Shown one piece after another: positions 8,633-18,009 of a stretch of DNA of 36,628 bases (position 1 is its first letter; the number at the start of each line of letters is the position of its first letter). The notes beneath the pieces were generated by a model. The model ran no database searches, was not told the origin of the DNA, and saw only the letters and a list, made by a program, of their open reading frames with translations. The position numbers were made by a program, and so were the translations under genes. Source of the stretch: a virus (taxonomy: Duplodnaviria > Caudoviricetes); the IMG/VR virus record IMGVR_UViG_3300033569_000053, positions 1 through 36,628 of that record. One strand, given 5' to 3'.

Positions 8633-8732
8633 AATACCAGTTTGTGGTATTGCAGTTTCGGGATTGTGTTTAGTAACTTTGTAAGGACAAATATAAATAC
8701 ATTGTATTCATACTTCCAAATACTTTGTATTT
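8633..8732. promoter_or_regulatory. Lysis/lysogeny switch: overlapping divergent Bacteroidota-type promoters and AATAC-N3-GTATT operators
   Basis: Leftward -7 TATATTTG (8688-8695) with -33 TTTG (8717-8720, 21-nt gap). Rightward -7 TAACTTTG (8674-8681). Palindromes at 8696-8708, 8718-8732 and 8633-8651. Confidence 0.65.
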
Positions 8733-8778
8733 ATTTTTTGAGAAAATTTTCCATTTCTCACCAAACAAGCCAACTGAT

Positions 8779-9339
8779 ATGACTAAAATTGAAGCCAGTA
8801 AAGCGTTACAGAATGCCGTAGCATATTTAAAAGGCAAGAAGATAATTAAGAAGGAAAATGAAATAAGTATGAAAACAGGGTATTCAAAGGGGTCTGTGAG
8901 CAATTATATCCGGGGAACCCAGATACCCTCTCCAGCCTTTATTGAGAAGTTCGAAAGCACTTTTGACTTGGATATCAATAATTTTAAGGGCAGATATGAA
9001 AATACAGAAGAAGATCCACTGAATAATATAGTAATGGAAGATAGCCCGGTATACAATATCACATTAAGTAACCGGAATTTGGCTGAAGCTCAAAAGGACC
9101 TTGCAGAGGCATCAAGAATATTGGCCGAATGCAATGCCGACCTTGTTCAGATGGTGAAAACATCGATTAATTTGGGTGGCTCAGGAACTCCTGTAGCCGA
9201 TCAAGCCATACATCCAAAGGTTCTGGAATTGATAGCCCAGGCTGCTGTTGGGAAGTATAAGTCCAAGGAGGAAGCACTTGCAGCATTAAGTAATATGTTA
9301 TTTGGTTTAAAAGGGTCGAAGGGCAGTGCTGGAAATTGA
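8779..9339 (+). CDS. CI-like (XRE/HTH) prophage repressor
   Basis: HTH ENEISMKTGYSKGSVSNYIRGTQIPSPAFIEKF. ATG at 8779 preferred over 8725. Divergent from the cro-like gene; no obvious S24 peptidase domain. Confidence 0.75.
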   Translation: MTKIEASKALQNAVAYLKGKKIIKKENEISMKTGYSKGSVSNYIRGTQIPSPAFIEKFESTFDLDINNFKGRYENTEEDPLNNIVMEDSPVYNITLSNRNLAEAQKDLAEASRILAECNADLVQMVKTSINLGGSGTPVADQAIHPKVLELIAQAAVGKYKSKEEALAALSNMLFGLKGSKGSAGN

Positions 9340-9409
9340 TGATTGGGATTGGCATTTGGGTAGGGTTTGACAATAAACATATATACATTAATTTAAAAAC
9401 ATTGTTAAA

Positions 9410-9979
9410 ATGAAAGCATTATTGACAGGGGTTTTGGTGGTGCTATGCAGCATCAGCTACGGGCAGTTTACGGTGGATAGTTTGCCGGTGAATAAGGAGA
9501 CTGGGCTGGTGGATTTTACGGAAGTGATCAATGTGGACAGCGTGCCGGCGAAGAAGCTTTACAGCAATGCGAAAATATTTATTGCTAAGGCTTTTGTTTC
9601 CGGTAAGCATGTTACTCAGCTGAATGATGATGAGAGTTCCACAATAGTTGGGCATGGGAAAGTAGAACTTACAGCAAACAACGGAATATTTAAACAGCCT
9701 GGGGGATGGTTTGATTTTACGATCACCATTCGCTGCAAGGATGGCCGCTATAAATATTCAATCACCGACTTCAGGCATGAGGGGTACCCGGCCGTTGGAT
9801 ATAAATGGACAGCCGCCGATCAAGGGCCAATCGAAAACATAAAGCCCCAAGACAAACAATTTCCTCCAAAGCAATGGCTCGATTATAAGCGCCAGGCATA
9901 CATTGCTATATTACCACTGATTGCAGATCTGAAAAAATTCATGAACGCTACAGCATTGGATACCAAAGATAATTTTTAG
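9410..9979 (+). CDS. Secreted DUF4468-like protein (lysogeny cargo)
   Basis: Sec signal MKALLTGVLVVLCSISYG|Q; FTEVINVDSVPAKKLYSNAK...IRCKDGRYKYSITDF pattern. Confidence 0.7.
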   Translation: MKALLTGVLVVLCSISYGQFTVDSLPVNKETGLVDFTEVINVDSVPAKKLYSNAKIFIAKAFVSGKHVTQLNDDESSTIVGHGKVELTANNGIFKQPGGWFDFTITIRCKDGRYKYSITDFRHEGYPAVGYKWTAADQGPIENIKPQDKQFPPKQWLDYKRQAYIAILPLIADLKKFMNATALDTKDNF

Positions 9980-9984
9980 GAACC

Positions 9985-10173
9985 GTGTCAAATCAGTGTC
10001 AAAACAGTGTCAAAAAAACCTACATAATTGCATTTTATGCCGCAGGATAATACGAGCGGCAACGGAGATAAAAAGGCGAGAGGGTTTCGAATCTCCTTTG
10101 CCGCACTTATGAAACCCGCTACTATGGCGGGTTTCAACATTTCAAGCGAAAACAGTGTCAAATCAGTGTCAAA
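9985..10173. other. Putative attP: integrase arm-type repeats flanking a tRNA-3'-end-like core and a hairpin
   Basis: GTGTCAAA at 9985, 9996, 10007 and at 10155, 10166 (11-bp period). TTCGAATCTCCTTTGCCGCA at 10086-10105. Directly upstream of the integrase. Confidence 0.7.
10110..10136. terminator. Stem-loop following the tRNA-like attP core
   Basis: TGAAACCCGC-TACTATG-GCGGGTTTCA, perfect 10-bp stem. Confidence 0.6.
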
Positions 10174-11374
10174 CAAATTTGTACTATATCGCCCAGCTGT
10201 GATCAAAAAGGACACAGACCGCTGGTATGTGGAGTATTACTACCGGATTCCGCAGGAATTACGCATGTTTTACAATGGAAAGGTATGGCTGAGGAAGCGG
10301 GTCTTTGAGGATATCAACCGGTACCAGACCGATGAATATGCCGAGCTGCTCCGGGATGCGGTGAACCTTGCGCTGGATCAGGGGTATAACCCGTTTGAAG
10401 CGCTTACTACCAAGGTCAATGAGCGTGCCTTTATCATGCTGGACAATAAAGAAATGACCACGCAGGAGGCGCTTGAATATTTCAATAAGAAATGGCGTGG
10501 CCGTGGCCTGGCAAAGGATACTCTCAGCCGCTATAAATATTGCGCCACCCTTCTGAATGACTGGCTGATCCAGCATGGCCTTGAAAAATCCAATGTTAAG
10601 ATTTTGAAAAGGCAGCATATCGAAGCCTGCCTGGATGAGGCAAAAGCCAATTACAAATGGTCAAACCGCCGATATAATAATGTGATGAAGTACATGCGGA
10701 CCATCTTCACTTTCCTGATCAAGCACGAGATTATCAGTAAAAACCCCTGCAATGATATCGACCTGCTGAAAACAAAAACCCAAAAGCACAGGTTCTATGA
10801 TGAGCAAACTTTGTCAATGCTCATCGATCATATTAAAGGGAGTGATCCGTACCTGTATTTTGCCATTCAATGCGTGTACCACCTTTGCATCCGCAGCGAA
10901 AAGGAACTTCGCAGCTTCAAGGTGAAGCATATTATACCCGAGAGAAAACAGGTGCTGATCACAGCAACTGGGAGTAAGACAAAGACCGATCGGTACATCC
11001 CGATGACCGACGCAATGCTGGCCATCTTCAAAGAGCGCGGGATCCTGGATCAGCCCAGGGAATATTATGTCTTCAGCGTTTCGCATAAAAATAAGTTTGT
11101 TGCCAAAGGATCTCCAGGCCCCACTCCTTTTGGGACGGGCTTCTTTTCAAAGAGGTTCTCGAAGATCCGCAAGCGCCTGGAGCTGAGCAGCGACTTCACG
11201 ATATACGGATTCAAGCATACCCGTGTGATACATTTAAAGATCGATGGCGCTACTGATGCAGAGATCATGAGCCTCACCGGGCATAGTGATTATGGAAGCT
11301 TTGCAAAATATCTTCGAGATATCGGTACCGCTGTTGATGGAAGCCGGGTTGAGGGATTAAGTAGAAAGCTGTAG
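10166..11374 (+). CDS. int: Tyrosine recombinase / phage integrase
   Basis: CIRSEKELR (catalytic R), KTKTDR, YGFKHTR, LTGH, FAKYL, plus a SAM-like core-binding region. In-frame GTG at 10166 gives 402 aa; the longer ORF from 10028 runs through attP. The start is uncertain. Confidence 0.9.
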   Translation: MSNKFVLYRPAVIKKDTDRWYVEYYYRIPQELRMFYNGKVWLRKRVFEDINRYQTDEYAELLRDAVNLALDQGYNPFEALTTKVNERAFIMLDNKEMTTQEALEYFNKKWRGRGLAKDTLSRYKYCATLLNDWLIQHGLEKSNVKILKRQHIEACLDEAKANYKWSNRRYNNVMKYMRTIFTFLIKHEIISKNPCNDIDLLKTKTQKHRFYDEQTLSMLIDHIKGSDPYLYFAIQCVYHLCIRSEKELRSFKVKHIIPERKQVLITATGSKTKTDRYIPMTDAMLAIFKERGILDQPREYYVFSVSHKNKFVAKGSPGPTPFGTGFFSKRFSKIRKRLELSSDFTIYGFKHTRVIHLKIDGATDAEIMSLTGHSDYGSFAKYLRDIGTAVDGSRVEGLSRKL

Positions 11375-11535
11375 AACCTATGTCCATTTATCATGTGTAT
11401 ATATTAATAAAAATCATCTTTATACACATAAGGCCGTCAAATATTTAATTAAAATGCGAAAGTTGAGCACGGCAAGTCCTGATTTTGGGCTGTTCGTATA
11501 GGCCGCTCTTAGATATATGAAATGACTTGGATTGC

Positions 11536-13077
11536 TTAGATCATCACGGCGTTGAAGCCGGCGCTCTGGCCATGCTGCACCAGGCTAAGCTCGAGGCAGG
11601 AGTAAAGCAGCATATCGATCACATCACTGTAGTGTGTGGACTTCCGGGCAGGGATGCTCGGTTTCTTTTCATCAGTCTTATCCTTTGAGGTTTGTCCATG
11701 ATACTTGAATGCCTTGGCTCTGTGCATGGATGTCAGCAGGCACTCATTACGCAGCGCATTGATCTTAACCGCTGGCTTACCAGCTGAGCCTTTAAGGATC
11801 CTGCCAATCATCTTGAACTTATCATCATGCCTCGGCGTCTCTCCCATATTCATGGGCACCACGTTCCATCCATTGTACAGCAGTCGCTCCTTCACCACTT
11901 CGAAGAAAGGCTTAACGGTTGGAGACTTACCTACTGCAGTCTTATCAAACATATAATACACGGTCTTATCTTGGTGCAATGCGAAATGGTGGCACCATTT
12001 GTCCACCGCATCCACCAATCCTTTCGGGTGCAGCTCATCGCAGCTATACACAATGTTGAAGGTTAATTCCTTGGCGCCAGGCAATACGCCATACTGTGCG
12101 GTTACAATGGGCGATATCCTCCACTGGTAGTCAGCAGCAATGATCAGCGGCCGGCCTGGATCCACATCATTCTGCAGGGAGTAGTAGTGCCGCTCGGCCA
12201 GCTCGGGGTAGAAGCTATTCTCTACCCTGTCAGGATCCTTGTTCCCGATCGCAACATCATATTCGATATCGGTGCTTTCCTCCTTTTGGTCCTCAAAGAA
12301 TTTATCGCCCAGTATTTCCCTGTTCGCTTCTGCACTGGCCTCACTGACAAATACCAAGGACTTCCTGGCCATGGTAAGTAGATTATTATAGTGATCGATA
12401 AGGCGCTTAGATCCTTCATCCCCGGCAGCGATCAACCGGTTAACCTCCAGCTGCATGGCCACAACGGCCTTTATCTTTCTTTCATCCATGAACTTCCGCT
12501 TGGCCAGCATCCATTCAATATCACCCTCGTATTTATCAGTGAAGTACCACTGGCTTTGGAACTCTGCCAGGTGTCCGAATTGCTTGTACCCACCCCGGGT
12601 AGCACGGATGGCTTCTTTCAATCGCTTCTCATTAAAGAACTTCGCCTCATCACCAATCAGGGCCTGCAGGTTGAAACCATTCCCGCTTCCTTCCACTTCC
12701 AGGCTAAGCACTGGTATTAGGCTGCCATTGTCAAAAGAGATAACATACTTGTGATCCAGAACAGGGATAATCGGCTTCGCCCATTCATCTGGCGGCCGCT
12801 TCCCGATCACATAATTCTCCCCCTCAATCAGCCCCATTTCATTCTGCCAGAAGCCGGCGATGTTATTGATGATCTGCTTAAACCCCATCACATAACTCGG
12901 CACCACCAACCCGATCTGCGCCCCAGGCATCTTATTCATCAAATGAATGCTGCGTGGCCCCAGCCCTCCATTGGTCTTACCAGTGCCGCGGCCCCACATG
13001 CTATAGGTCTTATTGGCGTTTACCAGGTGCAGCAGGATCTGCGGCCTGTTCAACTTTATTTTCTTTACCTCACTCAT
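11536..13077 (-). CDS. terL: Terminase large subunit
   Basis: Walker A WGRGTGKT, Walker B LIGDEAK, nuclease-domain acidic residues (IIAADY, HYSDVID). Confidence 0.85.
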   Translation of the reverse strand: MSEVKKIKLNRPQILLHLVNANKTYSMWGRGTGKTNGGLGPRSIHLMNKMPGAQIGLVVPSYVMGFKQIINNIAGFWQNEMGLIEGENYVIGKRPPDEWAKPIIPVLDHKYVISFDNGSLIPVLSLEVEGSGNGFNLQALIGDEAKFFNEKRLKEAIRATRGGYKQFGHLAEFQSQWYFTDKYEGDIEWMLAKRKFMDERKIKAVVAMQLEVNRLIAAGDEGSKRLIDHYNNLLTMARKSLVFVSEASAEANREILGDKFFEDQKEESTDIEYDVAIGNKDPDRVENSFYPELAERHYYSLQNDVDPGRPLIIAADYQWRISPIVTAQYGVLPGAKELTFNIVYSCDELHPKGLVDAVDKWCHHFALHQDKTVYYMFDKTAVGKSPTVKPFFEVVKERLLYNGWNVVPMNMGETPRHDDKFKMIGRILKGSAGKPAVKINALRNECLLTSMHRAKAFKYHGQTSKDKTDEKKPSIPARKSTHYSDVIDMLLYSCLELSLVQHGQSAGFNAVMI

Positions 13078-13586
13078 TGGGAAAGTATTACATCTGCTTC
13101 TTCAATGGATGGCATATTTTCCAGCAGTGGCTGATCGCCTTGTTTTGGCTCATAGTAAAAATTGAGCTGACGCGGGATATCGGTTTTCTTTACTTCCGGG
13201 TAATCCTGGTAATACCGCTGCAGAACAGCCTCCATCATAGCCGCAGCCTTGTATTCTTCCTTTTCGATACACTTAGCGATCTGCTCTTCCAGGTAATCGA
13301 TCCGGGCGCCAATCCTGAAGCGCTTATTCAGGTTTACGCTGTATCCAAAGATGGCCTCTGCATTACTCAGGTCATTATAGGCGCACATGCGCTCGATACC
13401 GAACTTGGCCATCATTTCTACGATGATCTTCTTGGTTGGCATATTCAAACAGGTCCGCATCTCGATGGCGAAATTCAACCGCTCCATTATCTCCGCCTGC
13501 TTATGGGTAAGCACAATGGTATCACCGTCATCATCCAGCATTTTACGGCGTATCAGTTCAAAAGTATTTTCACTGCCCGTTGCCAT
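13074..13586 (-). CDS. Probable terminase small subunit
   Basis: 170-aa helical protein with HTH-like KFGIERMCAYNDL; ATGA-coupled to terL. Confidence 0.55.
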   Translation of the reverse strand: MATGSENTFELIRRKMLDDDGDTIVLTHKQAEIMERLNFAIEMRTCLNMPTKKIIVEMMAKFGIERMCAYNDLSNAEAIFGYSVNLNKRFRIGARIDYLEEQIAKCIEKEEYKAAAMMEAVLQRYYQDYPEVKKTDIPRQLNFYYEPKQGDQPLLENMPSIEEADVILSQ

Positions 13587-14208
13587 GTAGTTTTTTTAAT
13601 TGGTCCAGCTCATCTTCGTATTTTTTCAGCAACAAAGCATGCTGCGCATTTCCCGGGTCTTTTTTAAGATATCCCTTATACCGTCGGATGTACACTTTCA
13701 GGTTTTGCAAATGCTGACCGGCTTTAAATTTATCAATCACGATTTCCTCATCTCCCACATCCTTGCCAGGTAGCGTTCCATGCTTCAAATAATGATCACG
13801 CTTGGCCCAAACTGCCATACACTGCTTTTCCAGTGTCAATATCTGCAGCGCCAGTTCTCCGCGTTTAGCCTGGGCTTCCTTACTATCATCTTCCAGCCAC
13901 TTATCTAACTGGTGGCGCAGATAATTCATTTCTGTGAATGCAGGCATCCATTCATCCTTCATGGCCTTCAGCACGGGATCCGCAGCATCAGGCATCTTCT
14001 CATAGCTGAAATCCTGGGCGGCTGGCTTCGTTGACGCATCGGATATTATCTCCTTCAGCTTCTCCACCATCAGCTCCTGGCTATAATCGGTTTTTGGCCG
14101 GCTGAACAGATCCTTCAGCTTTTCATCACTGCCAAACTTATTGTACAATATGGCCCCATAAGTGTATGACCGCCTGCCAGACAGCCAATTTTCAATTAGC
14201 TCTTTCAT
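13570..14208 (-). CDS. Hypothetical phage protein
   Basis: 212-aa ORF coupled within the late operon. Confidence 0.7.
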   Translation of the reverse strand: MKELIENWLSGRRSYTYGAILYNKFGSDEKLKDLFSRPKTDYSQELMVEKLKEIISDASTKPAAQDFSYEKMPDAADPVLKAMKDEWMPAFTEMNYLRHQLDKWLEDDSKEAQAKRGELALQILTLEKQCMAVWAKRDHYLKHGTLPGKDVGDEEIVIDKFKAGQHLQNLKVYIRRYKGYLKKDPGNAQHALLLKKYEDELDQLKKLHGNGQ

Positions 14209-16004
14209 CAGTAGATTTTTAGCAGGTCCATCTCTATTTTACCGGTATATGGGATGGTATAGCGCATCCGCTTGATCAGGAATTTCGCAGTATGGATGTT
14301 GATGATGTCTTCCCATTTGATCTGGTGAAAAAGGTAAAGCGGCAGGTTGAACGTGTACCGGCGCAGGTCCACCTTTTTGTAATAATCCAGCCAGTCATCC
14401 CATAACACAGCTTTCAGACCGGTTTCCTTCGTGCCGTCATTAAATTCATACACATTACTCCAGCCGCCCAGGTCGTTGCCATAATTGTCCAGGTTATGCG
14501 ATCCGGCCATTGGGTACAACTGCTTTCCGGTATCGGTATAGTCAACGTACTGATCGTATTGCATGCCGTGGTAAATAATGATCCTCGGCCTCCATTTGGT
14601 CAGCGTTAAATTCTGCTTCCAGTTGCCGTTTTGCTCAACGATAGGGATCTGCCCAAAGAAATTAAACCGGTATTCCACCCATCCGGTGGCCAGCGTGCTG
14701 ATCTCGGTCTTAAAGCTTTCAGTAGCTTCAACCACATACACATCGCCGATATTATCTCCCGCCCGCTCCCAGGTCTTCGCATCGCCATCCGCATTAGAAG
14801 CAACGATGTACCAGGTATTTTCCTTTCGCACAAAGCAAAAAGTTCCTTCATCCAGTGTATTCGGATCCACCAGGTTATCCTTACCCATTACAGGCGTCGT
14901 TAAAGGGATATCATGGTTGGTCAATGGTACCGGGAAATCATCCTCCGGGTCGATCACGTTCTCAAAGGCGAATATCTTTGGTTCATCATACTTGGTTTTA
15001 ACCTGGGCATGAGCATAAGAGGTAAGATCCCGGGCCCCTCCATTATTCGGCAGGTTCTTCAGGAATTTCAATGTGCACCTTCTCTTATCGGTATCGAATA
15101 CAAAAGCAAGTCCGTACCTGTTCTTCAGGTCGATGATGAAGTTCTGTATGGTATAATCCGGCGGCATGTGCTCCCGAAGGTCAACATCAACCGATTCCTT
15201 TTCAATCACATGAAGCAGACCAACTCCGGAATAATCACACCAGTAAATGCCTCGGAAGCTTTGCATGAATAGCTTCTTAAAAGTAGCATCATCCATCACC
15301 TCACCAACGATCTCCCAGCCCATTTCGGTGAATATGCTGTTCAGGATAAAGCTGACTTTCACGGCCGGACAAAGACTGGCAATATTCAGCTCCTGCTCCA
15401 GGTAGGGAAGTGAATGCCCGGTCTGCAGCTTGTTCATCCATTTGATGTTCTTGAACTCAGGGGAGCCGTCCATCCCGAAATAATACCCATACTTTTCATT
15501 CTTGATCGGCGGGAACGTATAATCGTATAACTCAGGCGAGGCAAAGGTTGCATGCGCATGCTGCCAAAAGCCGCCGCTGCTATCGTATGGTGCAAACCCG
15601 GTCCAGCTGAAGCTGCGGATACCACCCAGCGATAAATCGCTCAGTTTTTTGCCCTTTATAGATTGGAAAAAACTGCTCAGCGCAAAAGTGAATATCCCGC
15701 TGGTGAGGATGCTACCATTCATATTGGAATTGCGATCATAGCCATCCACTACCAGGGTACCAACATAAATGGCACCGCCACTGGCGTGCAGGTTCGATGA
15801 TATCTTTAGCTTCTCATGCTGCAAATAATGCTGACCGGTATAGCTCAGCAATCTGAAGTTTTTATCCGTATAGGGGATCTGCACAGGCAGACTGTAATCT
15901 CCCTCGATCACATCATTATTCAGGTAGGGGCTGTTCTGCTCGATCTCCAGCATAACGCCGGGTGGCAGATCAAGGAACTCGCCATTTATTTCTATTCCGG
16001 TCAT
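14208..16004 (-). CDS. Tail/baseplate-hub-like structural protein
   Basis: MTGIEINGEFLDL...NSPYL...GDYSLP N-terminus typical of siphovirus tail-tip proteins. The start at 16004 overlaps the upstream stop (ATGA). Confidence 0.6.
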   Translation of the reverse strand: MTGIEINGEFLDLPPGVMLEIEQNSPYLNNDVIEGDYSLPVQIPYTDKNFRLLSYTGQHYLQHEKLKISSNLHASGGAIYVGTLVVDGYDRNSNMNGSILTSGIFTFALSSFFQSIKGKKLSDLSLGGIRSFSWTGFAPYDSSGGFWQHAHATFASPELYDYTFPPIKNEKYGYYFGMDGSPEFKNIKWMNKLQTGHSLPYLEQELNIASLCPAVKVSFILNSIFTEMGWEIVGEVMDDATFKKLFMQSFRGIYWCDYSGVGLLHVIEKESVDVDLREHMPPDYTIQNFIIDLKNRYGLAFVFDTDKRRCTLKFLKNLPNNGGARDLTSYAHAQVKTKYDEPKIFAFENVIDPEDDFPVPLTNHDIPLTTPVMGKDNLVDPNTLDEGTFCFVRKENTWYIVASNADGDAKTWERAGDNIGDVYVVEATESFKTEISTLATGWVEYRFNFFGQIPIVEQNGNWKQNLTLTKWRPRIIIYHGMQYDQYVDYTDTGKQLYPMAGSHNLDNYGNDLGGWSNVYEFNDGTKETGLKAVLWDDWLDYYKKVDLRRYTFNLPLYLFHQIKWEDIINIHTAKFLIKRMRYTIPYTGKIEMDLLKIY

Positions 16005-17488
16005 GAGATGGTAAAATTGGATCCGTTTACATAAGCACTGTGCACCGATGGCGTGCAAATCGCTCTTACCCGCCAGTTATAGGTGCCCGGATCCAGGCTA
16101 AGCGTCTTCGGACTGGTTGCAGGGTTCACCACCGTCCATGATCCACCGCCATCGAGCTTATATTCCAGGTCATAGGTTGCCCCTACCACTTCCACCCATG
16201 AGAATACAACCGTATCCCCTTCCGCTTCTGAAAGTAGATCTGTCGGTACCGGGCAGCTGATCGATTCGTATTCATTCACATCATCGCCTTCGCCCAGCTC
16301 CAGCCCTGGTGGCGTGAATACCTCTTCCACAAAGCCATATCGCCATTCGATCGGGAATGACCATTTCTTATCCGTCTTCCGCAGAAGCTTTTCGCTCTTG
16401 CTGGTGATCCAAAGCCTGCGGTACTTATCGCCAACGATCTCCGTTATCAGTTCGCTTACATGCAGCTCCTGCAGGGCCAGCAGCTGCGCCTTGGTGTATT
16501 GCAGACCAGCATCGCCTTTATAAGACAGCATCCGGGTGATCCCTGTTTGCACATATTGGGTATCGGCCGGCTCTCCGATCACCAGGCTGCCGGTAAATTT
16601 CTCGGCCTCAATAAAGCTGCGCTGGTAGCTATCTTCTTTCTCTCCCAGGATCCGGGCGTGATCAATACCGCCCAGGCTGTTGAAGTAAACGAATGTGGTT
16701 ACATTGTAAAAGGCCCGGTAATCGGCATAGAAAGTATATACCTCACTGTGCGTTACATCCGTATCATCCTGCTCAACCACCTGCAGGGAGTATTTATACA
16801 AGGTTCTGCCGGCGGCAGCTCCAATGATCCCGAGATCTTCAGGCCCGGCCATGATGTGGTAAAATAGCTTTCCCAGCACGGTGATATCGGCATCGATGTC
16901 GATGATATCGCTGCTGCCATCTGTCCAATACACCCTCACCCGGACACGCCACGCAGGTATTGATTCGCTTTGGAAAAGAATGCTGATCCAGAACCGGTCA
17001 TTCAGACGGATGAATGAATTATTTGGCTTCCAGGTGGCAAAGGATAAATTCACGGCCTGGTAATTCTTGAAGTAGTTATTGTAGTCGTACTTCAGGTTCT
17101 CAATGCCTCCCTTGATCACGATGATGTAGCCATCATTTTCCCAGTCCGTAGTCGGATATGCCGTCGAGATCCGGCGATGCTCAAAATAAATGGCCTTGTA
17201 ATTGGTTGCCGGCTGAATCTGCAGACCGGCCAGATCCGGCATTTCATTGGTCAGCATGCTGTCCACTACATCCTGTAGGTAAACATTGCAATAACCATCC
17301 GCATCCGGCTTTACTCTTACCGTGAAGCTTGGAGGATCCAGTACAGGCAGATCAGGATCATTTGCGGATATGCGAACCTCCAGCTGACACCCTTCTTCCG
17401 ATGGATAACTCACCCATACCTTCCAAAGAAGTTGGTTCTTGCTGAAGGAAAAGAAATTGGGCCGCTGTACAACTACGGGTACTATCAT
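16001..17488 (-). CDS. Tail structural protein with a C-terminal fibronectin type III domain
   Basis: YFNSLGGID motif; C-terminal CPVPTDL...FSW...YDLEYK...LDPGTYNWRVRAIC is an FN3 pattern. Confidence 0.65.
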   Translation of the reverse strand: MIVPVVVQRPNFFSFSKNQLLWKVWVSYPSEEGCQLEVRISANDPDLPVLDPPSFTVRVKPDADGYCNVYLQDVVDSMLTNEMPDLAGLQIQPATNYKAIYFEHRRISTAYPTTDWENDGYIIVIKGGIENLKYDYNNYFKNYQAVNLSFATWKPNNSFIRLNDRFWISILFQSESIPAWRVRVRVYWTDGSSDIIDIDADITVLGKLFYHIMAGPEDLGIIGAAAGRTLYKYSLQVVEQDDTDVTHSEVYTFYADYRAFYNVTTFVYFNSLGGIDHARILGEKEDSYQRSFIEAEKFTGSLVIGEPADTQYVQTGITRMLSYKGDAGLQYTKAQLLALQELHVSELITEIVGDKYRRLWITSKSEKLLRKTDKKWSFPIEWRYGFVEEVFTPPGLELGEGDDVNEYESISCPVPTDLLSEAEGDTVVFSWVEVVGATYDLEYKLDGGGSWTVVNPATSPKTLSLDPGTYNWRVRAICTPSVHSAYVNGSNFTIS

Positions 17489-18009
17489 GATGTTATCCGG
17501 GTGGCTTTTTGTTCGTTATCGAAACTCAGTACCCAGCCGTATTCATTGGCCATGGTGGGGCCGATGGGCTGAGCGCTGAACTGGTTAAAATCCAACTGGT
17601 CAAAGGCGCCGCATTTCTCGTTCTCTTCCCAGTCTTCCTTCATGCTTTTTATAAAGTCCTCCATCACGGCGAAGGCGCTGTCGTAGGCATCCTGAACGGC
17701 ATCGCTCATAGTGTCCGTGGTGGCTGGATTAGATACATGCACCAGGAATATCCACTGGTTACTCCATACCCATCGCATATCAGCAAGGGCCTTATCCTTA
17801 TCGGTCAGCCGCACATCGATCTGCATATTCACGACGCAGGGATACTGGATATTATTGCGGGTACCGGCCAGCAGCTCTTCCTCATTGTTAAGCCTGAAAT
17901 AACTATTGCGCTTCCGGCTCGTTGCAGGAATAGTAGCATTGTGAGCCACAGTTGGATGTACCTCACACAAAGCTTTCAGATAATCTTCACGGTCTTTAAA
18001 AGTTCCCAT
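17485..18009 (-). CDS. Putative tail terminator/completion protein
   Basis: 174 aa in the head-tail joining region; YPCV...GWVLSF pattern. Confidence 0.4.
   Translation of the reverse strand: MGTFKDREDYLKALCEVHPTVAHNATIPATSRKRNSYFRLNNEEELLAGTRNNIQYPCVVNMQIDVRLTDKDKALADMRWVWSNQWIFLVHVSNPATTDTMSDAVQDAYDSAFAVMEDFIKSMKEDWEENEKCGAFDQLDFNQFSAQPIGPTMANEYGWVLSFDNEQKATRITS

Noticed and set aside
10056-10105. Complete tRNA gene
   Set aside because: Only a T-loop and acceptor-like 3' portion is present, with no D arm or anticodon arm. Treated as the att core.
10028-10165. N-terminal 46 codons of the 448-aa integrase ORF
   Set aside because: They run through the att core, hairpin and arm repeats, so they are probably an untranslated open frame.
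11393-11429. ATGTGTATA-N19-TATACACAT inverted repeat between convergent int and terL
   Set aside because: AT-rich stem with a long loop and no clear U-tract; too weak to call a terminator.
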